Source: Macrostomum lignano
Taxonomy: Eukaryota
Length of the DNA stretch: 64,000 nt
Direction of reading: 5' to 3'
NCBI GenBank assembly: GCA_002269645.1
Contig: NIVC01000104.1
Location: 434,001-498,000 of the forward strand
Positions 49,735 through 64,000 of the stretch are shown here, piece by piece. Within the stretch, counting starts at the first letter, position 1. Each line of letters opens with the position of its first letter. Position numbers and translations under genes: made by a program. Below the pieces are notes generated by a model. It was not told the origin of the DNA. It did no database searches and saw only the letters and a list, made by a program, of their open reading frames with translations.

Positions 49735-50885
49735 AACTCACGTAGAATCTCATCATTAGATTCTCTACTCAAGTAGAATCTCATCATTAGATTCTCTACT
49801 CAAGTAGAATCTCATCATTAGAGTCTCAAACTCAAGTAGAATCTCATCCTTTAAACCTCAAACAAGCTCAAGTAGAATCTCATCCTTTAAACCTCAAACA
49901 AGCTCAAGTAGAATCTCATCCTTTAAACCTCAAACAAGATCAAGTAGAATCTCATCATTAGATTCTCAAACAAGCCCAAGTAGAATCTCATCCTTAGATT
50001 CTCAAACTCAATTAGAATCTCATCCTTAGATTCTCAAACTCAAGTAGAATCTCATCCTTAGATTCTCAAACTCAAGTAGAATCTCATCCTTAGATTCTTC
50101 ACTCAAGTAGAATCCCATCCTTAGATTCTCAAACTCAAGTAGAATCTCATCCTTAGAGCCTCAAACAAGCTCAAGTAGAATCTCATCCTTTAAACCTCAA
50201 ACAAGCTCAAGTAGAATCTCATCCTTTAACTCTCAAACAAGCTCAAGTAGAATCTCATCCTAACATGTATATTCTCAAACTCAAGTAGAATCTCATCCTT
50301 AGATTCTCAAACTCAAGTAGAATCTCATCCTTAGATTCTCAAACTCAATTAGAATCTCATCCTTAGATTCTCAAACTCAATTAGAATCTCATCCTTAGAT
50401 TCTCAAACTCAATTAGAATCTCATCCTTAGATTCTCAAACTCAATTAGAATCTCATCCTTAGATTCTCAAACTCAATTAGAATCTCATCCTTAGATTCTC
50501 AAACTCAATTAGAATCTCATCCTTAGATTCTCAAACTGGAGTAGAATCTCGTCCTTAGATTCTCAAACTCAAGTAGAATCTCATCCTTATATTCTCAAAC
50601 TGAAGAAGAATCTCATCCTTAGATTCTTCACTCAAGTAGAATCCCATCCTTAGATTCTCAAACTCAAGTAGAATCTCATCCTTAGAGCCTCAAACAAGCT
50701 CAAGTAGAATCTCATCCTTTAACTCTCAAACAAGCTCAAGTAGAATCTCATCCTAACATGTATATTCTCAAACTCAAGTAGAATCTCATCCTTAGATTCT
50801 CAAACTCAATTAGAATCTCATCCTTAGATACTCAAACTCAAGTAGAATCTCATCCTTATATTCTCTAACTCAAGTAGAATCTCAT
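49735..50885 (+). repeat. ~32-bp minisatellite with internal palindrome (CTCAAGTAGAATCTCATCCTTAGATTCTCAAA)n
   Basis: Tandem copies with length variants. Confidence 0.93.
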
Positions 50886-51634
50886 CAGTTGAAAAGTACC
50901 AATGAAATATCAGATTGTCCATCACAGTAGAATCTCATTCGTTAATTCGCAATCCCAATAAAATCTCAACCCTTATGTTCTCAAAACTCCACTAGAATCT
51001 CATAACTAGATTCCCAGTCTCAGTCCAATCATATCAGCCATTCTATAAGTCAGCATCGACTGTAGATAAATATTCAACAAAAGCATATTCAATAACACGC
51101 ACAGGAGCACGTGAACTAACAGTCCCTGCACTTTTAACATTCGGAAACACAAAGCACGAAAATCATGTTCCCCAAATCATCCGCCATCCCCTTCCCCGCC
51201 AGAACGAGAAATCTCTGACGCACTGCGCGAAAAGAAGAAAAAATTCCAGTCTAACCTGGTAAACAAATTCGAAAGGAAATGGGGAAAAGTTCAAACCGCT
51301 GGCATTTCGCGACTGGGGTGGATGTTTATCTTGAATATTGTACTGTTAGCAAATGTAAAATGACTGTAAACTCATTGTTCATGGATTTTGCAGGACTAAA
51401 TTGCTGATTGTGCCGCCCAGAGACAGACGCATCATTGACATATGGCCAAGCATTCTTAAATTGCTGACACTATTCATTGTCTATGGCCAAAAAGCAATCC
51501 TTCACCAATAACGCGACTGTGCAAAAAGCAGTAAATCCCAAGCCGTGCTGTAAATTCCAACCACCGTGCTGTAAATTCCAACCACCGTGCTGTAAATTCC
51601 CGCACGTATTCAACTTATTAAATTTATTTAAGTC

Positions 51635-52770
51635 TACCTGAGCTACTGGTCTAATTCTACCTGAGCTAATGAGCTAATCCTGCCTAAGCTACTGTCTCAG
51701 TACCTGAGCTACTGACCCAATTCTACCTGAGCTACTGGTCTAATTCTACCTGAGCTAATGAGCTAATCCTGCCTAAGCTACTGTCTCAGTACCTGAGCTA
51801 CTGACCCAATTCTACCTGAGCTACTGGTCTAATTCTACCTGAGCTAATCCCGCCTAAGCTACTGTCTCAGTACCTGAGCTACTGACCCAATTCTACCTGA
51901 GCTACTGGTCTAATTCTACCTGAGCTAATGAGCTAATCCTGCCTAAGCTACTGTCTCAGTACCTGAGCTACTGACCCAATTCTACCTGAGCTACTGGTCT
52001 AATTCTACCTGAGCTAATGAGCTAATCCTGCCTAAGCTACTGTCTCAGTACCTGAGCTACTGACCCAATTCTACCTGAGCTACTGGTCTAATTCTACCTG
52101 AGCTAATGAGCTAATCCTGCCTAAGCTACTGTCTCAGTACCTGAGCTACTGACCCAATTCTACCTGAGCTACTGGTCTAATTCTACCTGAGCTAATCCCG
52201 CCTAAGCTACTGTCTCAGTACCTGAGCTACTGACCCAATTCTACCTGAGCTACTGGTCTAATTCTACCTGAGCTAATGAGCTAATCCTGCCTAAGCTACT
52301 GTCTCAGTACCTGAGCTACTGACCCAATTCTACCTGAGCTACTGGTCTAATTCTACCTGAGCTAATGAGCTAATCCTGCCTAAGCTACTGTCTCAGTACC
52401 TGAGCTACTGACCCAATTCTACCTGAGCTACTGGTCTAATTCTACCTGAGCTAATGAGCTAATCCTGCCTAAGCTACTGTCTCAGTACCTGAGCTACTGA
52501 CCCAATTCTACCTGAGCTACTGGTCTAATTCTACCTGAGCTAATGAGCTAATCCTGCCTAAGCTACTGTCTCAGTACCTGAGCTACTGACCCAATTCTAC
52601 CTGAGCTACTGGTCTAATTCTACCTGAGCTAATGAGCTAATCCTGCCTAAGCTACTGTCTCAGTACCTGAGCTACTGACCCAATTCTACCTGAGCTACTG
52701 GTCTAATTCTACCTGAGCTAATGAGCTAATCCTTCCTAAGCTACTGTCTCAGTACCTGAGCTACTGAACT
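51635..52770 (+). repeat. 89-bp higher-order repeat built from four 20-23-bp TACCTGAGCTA subunits
   Basis: Period 89 (51635 to 51724); some 81-bp variants. Confidence 0.93.
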
Positions 52771-55361
52771 AATTCTATCAGCCGAGGTACCGAAATTTAG
52801 GACTGAAACTTACATGTTCGCAAGCAAAAATATTTTCCATTGCTGTTGTCAATTAATTAAAATAAATTATAAAGCCCTCTTATCCCTCTTATAGTCCATG
52901 CGTGCGGTAAATTCCAATCATGTTTATGGCTAAAACCAGAAGAATGCTTTGCCCATAAATCAATGAATCTATCACTAGGTTCCTTCGTGCGTAAATAGTC
53001 TAATCTCGAAACCTACAGATAAATCTACCATTTGTCTATGGCCACTTCTGATTTGTACGCGTCTTGTTACAGTTGAGGAGCCCACGGGCTGAGAGAAATA
53101 AACGAGTGCACTTTCCTTTTCTCACTGGCACCGCGATCGCGAGCCACTTCATGATAAAGATTGTAATACAATACATTGTGTTGACTACCAAAGAAACCTA
53201 TAAAAAGAACTTTTTTCGACACAGTAAAATAGTCGTTAGCTGTTACTTATAGTAACAAAATTAGGGATCAAAGCTAAAATAAAAAATCAAGCTGTCCCGA
53301 TCGCCAAAAGTTATTTCTTATGCAAAGTTTTTTTAATTTCGGTGCACTAATTAATTCAATTGTATGCATGTATTGATCATAATGCCAATCGTTTATATTA
53401 GAAGCGAAAGGTATTAATAACAAATCACGAAACGAAGCGCATTCAAGTATGTAAAAATCTACAGTTGTACGTATCATATATCATATGGTGTGCATTCGAC
53501 TACTGTAAGTAACAATGTAGAAGTATATATAAGGTATTAACAGGATCAGACAGATAGCAAAATAGACACGCGGCTAACCAACAATCAAAAGTTTCAAAAG
53601 CAGGATTAGCCTATGTAATTAAAATGGCAGGCGATATGAAATGTCAGGATGCAGTAATGCGCCAAGTATGCTTTACACACGTTTTCAGCATAAAGAGCCG
53701 ATAAAGTAGTAGTCGAAAAAAGCGAATGCTTGCTTGCACTACCAAAATGGAAGGGAAAATGCTTTCGAGGTTTAGAATTGAATCATGGACCTCCCGAGCC
53801 GATGCTTGGTTTAAAAGTCCTTAAATAAACAGAAAAGTAATAATTTAGCTAAGACGTCAAGTTCCTAAGATATGGCCCAGATGCAAATGGCATTTTTATT
53901 ATAAGTGAATTTACTACCGATTACCGGTGTGTGGACATTAAATATTCCTCAGTTCTGTTATACAGCGTGTTTTTCTAAAAATGAAACTCGAAAAATGTAA
54001 AAGTCAACTTTATTTGCGTTAAAAGCCACAGAACAAAAGTAAATTCTGTGTTAAAAGCTGCTTTTTCAATTTCCTTATACTAAAAATAATTCAATGCTTA
54101 AATTGGAGTTTAAATTTAAATAAGGTCTTTTAGGGATTAAATTTAAGTCTAATAAAAGTACAATGGAAACAAACAAGAGCCTACAATTTGCAGAAAAGCG
54201 CCTGATCCAGGGCTAGGCGCCGCTATACCAAAGATTAGGCCTTCCTAGGCCTAGGACGTGTTTGCAGAATTTCTATTAGCGCTAGATAAGAAGACTGTGT
54301 ACATTTGGTCTTAGCGAGTACATTTAAGTCACGTGACTGAAAATAACAAGTTTTACAACTATAATTTTTTTAGTATAGGATAGGTCACAGATACTAGAAT
54401 AACTAGATGGGCCACTCAGCACATTTGCGTGTAAGCTACTTTCAGTTCAGTAGTGAGTTAATCAAAAGTATTTTAATGTATTTTAAAGCCAAGGCTCATT
54501 TATTGGCTTTTACCCGCCAGCCTCAACCCTCCAAGCGCGACTTTCCACACTACCCACCGCCCCGCCCCAATTTTTATTGCCCTTCAGTGGACTGGCTAAT
54601 GTACATTATTGCTGAACCAATTAGCAAGCTTGTTGGGCTTCTGAAGTTATCAAAGTCATTTCAGCTGCCTGTATTTTTATAAAATAGCTTCTGTATTCCT
54701 TTTTGCTACTGAACTGAAAGTAGACAGCTGTTTTACTACGCATATAAGCCTGAGTAGCCCATCCAGTTATTTTAGTATCTGTGCTATAGGTTGGACCCTA
54801 TTGTATCTATTAAAAATGAACAATGAATGCAGAAATATATTAAGTGAGAATTATAAGCAAAATGTTCAAGGTAAAAATAAATACTATGAATCTCGTAATT
54901 TCTATAATTACAGCAATGCATTCTAAATCGTTTAGAAAACTAATGTGATGCCTTAACGGCTAAACTCAGAATTGTACACGATAATTAAAAAGTAATATGA
55001 TAAATTCAAATTTAAATAAATGGAAATTTGCTTGTAAAAATTATAATTTCAACGGAAAGTTACCAGCTTCTAGAAAGCTTTATAAAATTCCTGTTGACAA
55101 TTAACGAGGCCTAGCTTATCAGAGGACAGGCGATATGTAGAGTAATTAACTTTACAAAGGCTTGATTTTTTAATGCGAAAAATATTTCAATATCGTGCGA
55201 TTTCAAACAACCAGGCATACGAAACAAATGATAGACAATCCTCCTGCAAAGCTATTTTGTCTTGTCACGGACAAAAATAGACTTGTTGACAGCCGATATG
55301 TATAGAAAGCAAACTTTACTCAAACAGCTGGAATTAAAATATTGTCAAATTAAAACGCTTG

Positions 55362-58743
<3,382 letters not shown>

Positions 58744-58800
58744 GTCGGTTACTCTGCAAGCGTTTAGCAATATATATGTACAACTCGAACTAAGCTAAAT

Positions 58801-59094
58801 AATGCTGCTAATAATTGATTACACCTGCCCTAATGGGCGAATGTGCAACCGACAGCTCAGCCGCAGCTATTTGCGCGGCGCATCTGAAGGCTGCGTACGG
58901 CTGTTCAGTCCAAGGACTGGGGGGTCGCCACACACACCCTCAATTACCCCAGCTAATGCTGGCACCCATTCTACAGCTGGGTAAACTGAAGCAATGCAGA
59001 GAGTTAAGTCTCTTGCTCAATTGTTCCAAGTGGGGTCGAGAATCCAACTCCTGACCTTTCAGTCGTGAGTCTGACGCTCTGACCACTAGGCTGC
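58801..59094 (-). mobile_element. tRNA-derived CORE-type SINE, full length
   Basis: Reverse complement of the 29734 copy; A-box-like TAGTGGTCAGAG, B-box-like GAGTTGGATTC; shared CAGCCGTACGCAGCCTTCAGATGCGCCGCGCAA 3' part. Confidence 0.8.
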
Positions 59095-59904
59095 AACCCA
59101 TAAAACCCCTGGCCTACAGTTTAGAAGGGGTTGCAACCAAGGTAACACACTCCCTCTCTCTCTCTTTGGCTCCCCTCTCTCCGTCTCAAACCTCTCCCTC
59201 TCACTCTACCACTTATTTACTCCCCCCTTTACCTGCCTCCAACTGAACCATTCTCACTAGATATGTGGATTAACCATAAAACATTTGGTGCATCGTCTGA
59301 CTCCCTCGGTTCGAGTGAGAAGGAGAGGGGTGAGATTGAGAGGTGAGAAGGAGAGGGGTAAGGTAAGAGAGGGGTGAGGAGAGGGCGAGTAAGAGGGAAA
59401 GGAGTAAGGAGAGGGATATTGAGAGGAAGGGAGAGAGGGGGAAGTGAAAAGCAGAATGGTTTGAAACAATAATCAAGGCTTATAGAGTACAAATCAGAAT
59501 AGAATATAAGAGGGCAAGATGGCCAGTTATCCGATCCGTAATAAGAAATAATTATATGCATATTTGTATTTGCATCAAGGACTGTGCCATATTGAATTAG
59601 CTAATAATTTCATTACGGTCGCGTTCGTTCACCCTTTGCCCCCCCTCATGTTCTCGTGACTTAGCATTTTGCTGAGTGAATCGGCATTTTCTGTGCATAA
59701 AAATGCTTTAACCCAACGGAATTGGGGTCACGCGAGGATAGAACAGACCCAATGGCTCTCTCTCTCTCTATCATCACGAGCGTATGCTATGCGTTAGTTA
59801 CAGGAATATATTAAACCTGTTCTTCTGTCAGTTTTTACACTGATCAACCAATGGGTAATGCCTAGATAGATCATCTTTTGCCAAAAGCGGAGTAGATAGA
59901 ATAG

Positions 59905-62872
59905 GGTAGATAGGAGACTGAGAGTGTGGAAGATAGGAGACTGGCAGTGGGGTAGATAGGAGACTGTCAGTGGGGTAGATAGGAGACTGTCAGTGGGGCA
60001 GATAGGAGACTGGCAGTGGGGCAGATAGGAGACACTGGCAGTGGGGCAGATAGGAGACTGTCAGTGGGGCAGATAGGAGACTGGCAGTGGGGCAGATAGG
60101 AGACAGGCAGTGGGGCAGATAGGAGACTGGCAGTGGGGTAGATAGGAGACTGAGAGTGTGGAAGATAGGAGACTGGCAGTGAGGCAGATAGGAGACTGTC
60201 AGTGGGGTAGATAGGAGACTGAGAGTGTGGAAGATAGGAGACTGGCAGTGGGGTAGATAGGAGACTGTCAGTGGGGTAGATAGGAGACTGAGAGTGTGGA
60301 AGATAGGAGACTGGCAGTGGGGCAGATAGGAGACTGGCAGTGGGGCAGATAGGAGACTGGCAGTGGGGCAGATAGGAGACTGGCAGTGGGGCAGATAGGA
60401 GACTGGCAGTGGGGCAGATAGGAGACTGGCAGTGGGGCAGATAGGAGACTGGCAGTGGGGTAGATAGGAGACTGGCAGTGGGGCAGATAGGAGACTGGCA
60501 GTGGGGCAGATAGGAGACTGGCAGTGGGGCAGATAGGAGACTGGCAGTGGGGCAGATAGGAGACTGGCAGTGGGGCAGATAGGAGACTGGCAGTGGGGTA
60601 GATAGGAGACTGAGAGTGTGGAAGATAGGAGACTGGCAGTGGGGTAGATAGGAGACTGTCAGTGGGGTAGATAGGAGACTGTCAGTGGGGCAGATAGGAG
60701 ACTGGCAGTGGGGTAGATAGGAGACTGGCAGTGGGGTAGATAGGAGACTGGCAGTGGGGTGGATAGGAGACACTGGCAGTGGGGTAGATAGGAGACTGGC
60801 AGTGGGGTAGATAGGAGACTGGCAGTGGGGTGGATAGGAGACACTGGCAGTGGGGTGGATAGGAGACACTGGCAGTGGGGTAGATAGGAGACTGGCAGTG
60901 GGGTGGATAGGAGACACTGGCAGTGGGGTAGATAGGAGACTGGCAGTGGGGTGGATAGGAGACTGGCAGTGGGGTGGATAGGAGACTGTCAGTGGGGTAG
61001 ATAGGAGACTGGCAGTGGGGTGGATAGGAGACTGGCAGTGGGGTAGATAGGAGACTGTCAGTGGGGTAGATAGGAGACTGTCAGTGGGGTAGATAGGAGA
61101 CTGGCAGTGGGGTAGATAGGAGACTGGCAGTGGGGTGGATAGGAGACTGTCAGTGGGGTAGATAGGAGACTGTCAGTGGGGTAGATAGGAGACTGGCAGT
61201 GGGGTAGATAGGAGACTGTCAGTGGGGTAGATAGGAGACTGGCAGTGGGGTGGATAGGAGACTGTCAGTGGGGTAGATAGGAGACTGTCAGTGGGGTAGA
61301 TAGGAGACTGTCAGTGGGGTAGATAGGAGACTGGCAGTGGGGTAGATAGGAGACTGGCAGTGGGGTAGATAGGAGACTGTCAGTGGGGTAGATAGGAGAC
61401 TGGCAGTGGGGTGGATAGGAGACTGTCAGTGGGGTAGATAGGAGACTGTCAGTGGGGTAGATAGGAGACTGGCAGTGGGGTGGATAGGAGACCTTCAGTG
61501 GGGTAGATAGGAGACTGTCAGTGGGGCAGATAGGAGACTGGCAGTGGGGTGGATAGGAGACTGTCAGTGGGGTAGATAGGAGACTGTCAGTGGGGCAGAT
61601 AGGAGATGGTAGTGGGGCAGATAGGAGACTGGCAGTGGGGCAGATAGGAGACTGGCAGTGGGGTAGATAGGAGACTGGCAGTGGGGTGGATAGGAGACAC
61701 TGGCAGTGGGGTAGATAGGAGACTGTCAGTGGGGTAGATAGGAGACTGTCAGTGGGGCAGATAGGAGACTGGCAGTGGGGTAGATAGGAGACTGGCAGTG
61801 GGGTAGATAGGAGACTGGCAGTGGGGTAGATAGGAGACTGGCAGTGGGGTGGATAGGAGACACTGGCAGTGGGGTAGATAGGAGACTGGCAGTGGGGTAG
61901 ATAGGAGACTGGCAGTGGGGTGGATAGGAGACACTGGCAGTGGGGTGGATAGGAGACACTGGCAGTGGGGTAGATAGGAGACTGGCAGTGGGGTGGATAG
62001 GAGACTGGCAGTGGGGTGGATAGGAGACACTGGCAGTGGGGTAGATAGGAGACTGGCAGTGGGGTGGATAGGAGACTGGCAGTGGGGTAGATAGGAGACT
62101 GGCAGTGGGGTAGATAGGAGACTGTCAGTGGGGTAGATAGAAGACTGGCAGTGGGGTAGATAGGAGACTGGCAGTGGGGTAGATAGGAGACTGGCAGTGG
62201 GGTGGATAGGAGACACTGGCAGTGGGGTGGATAGGAGACACTGGCAGTGGGGTGGATAGGAGACACTGGCAGTGGGGTGGATAGGAGACACTGGCAGTGG
62301 GGTAGATAGGAGACTGGCAGTGGGGCAGATAGGAGACTGGCAGTGGGGTGGATAGGAGACTGGCAGTGGGGTAGATAGGAGACTGGCAGTGGGGTAGATA
62401 GGAGACTGTCAGTGGGGCAGATAGGAGACACTGGCAGTGGGGTAGATAGGAGACTGGCAGTGGGGCAGATAGGAGACTGGCAGTGAGGCAGATAGGAGAC
62501 TGGCAGTGGGGCAGATAGGAGACTGTCAGTGGGGTAGATAGGAGACTGTCAGTGGGGCAGATAGGAGACACTGGCAGTGGGGTAGATAGGAGACACTGGC
62601 AGTGGGGCAGATAGGAGACACTGGCAGTGGGGTAGATAGGAGACTGGCAGTGGGGCAGATAGGAGACTGGCAGTGAGGCAGATAGGAGACTGGCAGTGGG
62701 GCAGATAGGAGACTGTCAGTGGGGCAGATAGGAGACTGTCAGTGGGGTAGATAGGAGACTGGCAGTGGGGTAGATAGGAGACTGGCAGTGGGGTGGATAG
62801 GAGACTGTCAGTGGGGTAGATAGGAGACTGGCAGTGAGGCAGATAGGAGACTGTCAGTGGGGTAGATAGGTG
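59905..62872 (+). repeat. ~3-kb 23-25-bp G-rich minisatellite (GGCAGTGGGGTAGATAGGAGACT)n
   Basis: More than 100 copies with variant blocks. Confidence 0.95.
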
Positions 62873-63234
62873 ACAAAACAACATTCAGTCAAGTAAGATT
62901 AAGGGAAGGAAAAGATCGGGATCTAAGACCCGTAATGACTGAGCATACCAACCACACTGCTCAAAAGTAACGCCCACACGAGCTCAACAGAGAGCTATGC
63001 AAGGCTCAATATAGTTAACAATAACTGTTTTTTCCTACTTAGAAAGGGTTCAGTTGGCTAGCAATAAACCATTTTAATAGCAGTGAATTATTGCCCTAAC
63101 TGCCGGCATATAATGCTCTTTCTTATATTTTTAGTCAGATCGAATGAAAAACAGATGCACTCGACTACAAGAGTAAATTATTAGAATCGCTGTAAGAATG
63201 GGATTCAATAATGTTAAAGATATAGAATGGGGAT

Positions 63235-64000
63235 TACAGCTACTGAATGGGGATCAGAGCCAAAGAACTTAACTTCTGTAATCAGAGCTACTGAATGGGG
63301 ATCTGAGCTACTGAATGGGGATCAGAGCTACTGAATGAAGATCAGAGCTACTGAATGGGGATCAGAGCTACTGAATGGGGATCAGAGCTACTGAATGAAG
63401 ATCAGAGCTACTGAATGAAGATCAGAGCTACTGAATGGGGATCAGAGCTATCATATGGGGATCAGAGCTACTGAATGGGGATCAGAGCTATCATATGGGG
63501 ATCAGAGCTACTGAATGGGGATCAGAGCTACTGAATGGGGATCAGAGCTACTGAATGGGGATCAGAGCTACTGAATGAAGATCAGAGCTACTGAATGGGG
63601 ATCAGAGCTATCATATGGGGATCAGAGCTACTGAATGGGGATCAGAGCTATCATATGGGGATCAGAGCTACTGAATGGGGATCAGAGCTACTGAATGGGG
63701 ATCAGAGCTACTGAATGGGGATCAGAGCTACTGAATGGGGATCAGAGCTACTGAATGAAGATCAGAGCTACTGAATGGGGATCAGAGCTATCATATGGGG
63801 ATCAGAGCTACTGAATGGGGATCAGAGCTACTGAATGGGGATCAGAGCTACTGAATGGGGATCAGAGCTACTGAATGGGGATCAGAGCTACTGAATGAAG
63901 ATCAGAGCTACTGAATGGGGATCAGAGCTATCATATGGGGATCAGAGCTACTGAATGGGGATCAGAGCTATCATACGGGGATCAGAGCTACTGAATAGGG
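63235..64000 (+). repeat. 20-bp minisatellite (ATCAGAGCTACTGAATGGGG)n running off the window
   Basis: Visible array. Confidence 0.95.

Noticed and set aside
49735-50885. CRISPR array (32-bp palindromic repeats)
   Set aside because: Units abut with no unique spacers, there are no cas genes, and the context is eukaryotic.
59967-62884. Pro/Ser/Cys-rich ORFs on the minus strand
   Set aside because: Translations of the 23-bp minisatellite, open in several frames at once.

Overview
Eukaryotic (metazoan) DNA. AT-rich introns, GC-rich poly-Q/poly-A exons and a different tandem repeat in almost every intron suggest a free-living flatworm such as Macrostomum; this is inferred from sequence style only. 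Exon chains were reconstructed by hand from splice motifs and phase continuity. Genes: (1) the 3' ~2715 codons of a KMT2C/D (trr/MLL3-4) H3K4 methyltransferase, + strand, 12 exons, 466-23481, with an in-frame 12x24-aa repeat; (2) a compact, divergent adducin, - strand, 26866-31818; (3) a novel 99-aa secreted 8-Cys peptide, - strand, 36364-36663, facing a signal-peptide remnant broken by a minisatellite; (4) a secreted PAN + ALK/LTK-type glycine-rich protein gene (+, 3'-truncated) and an inverted, frameshifted partial copy; (5) an NR1J/HR96-like nuclear receptor, +, 46249-48467; (6) a UBASH3/STS-type histidine phosphatase with degenerate active site, -, 55362-58743. Non-coding DNA holds about 30 micro/minisatellite arrays (minisatellite units are locus-private), three copies of a tRNA-headed CORE-type SINE, small MITEs and a 1.5-kb CpG-free tract. 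No rRNA, true tRNA or CRISPR seen.
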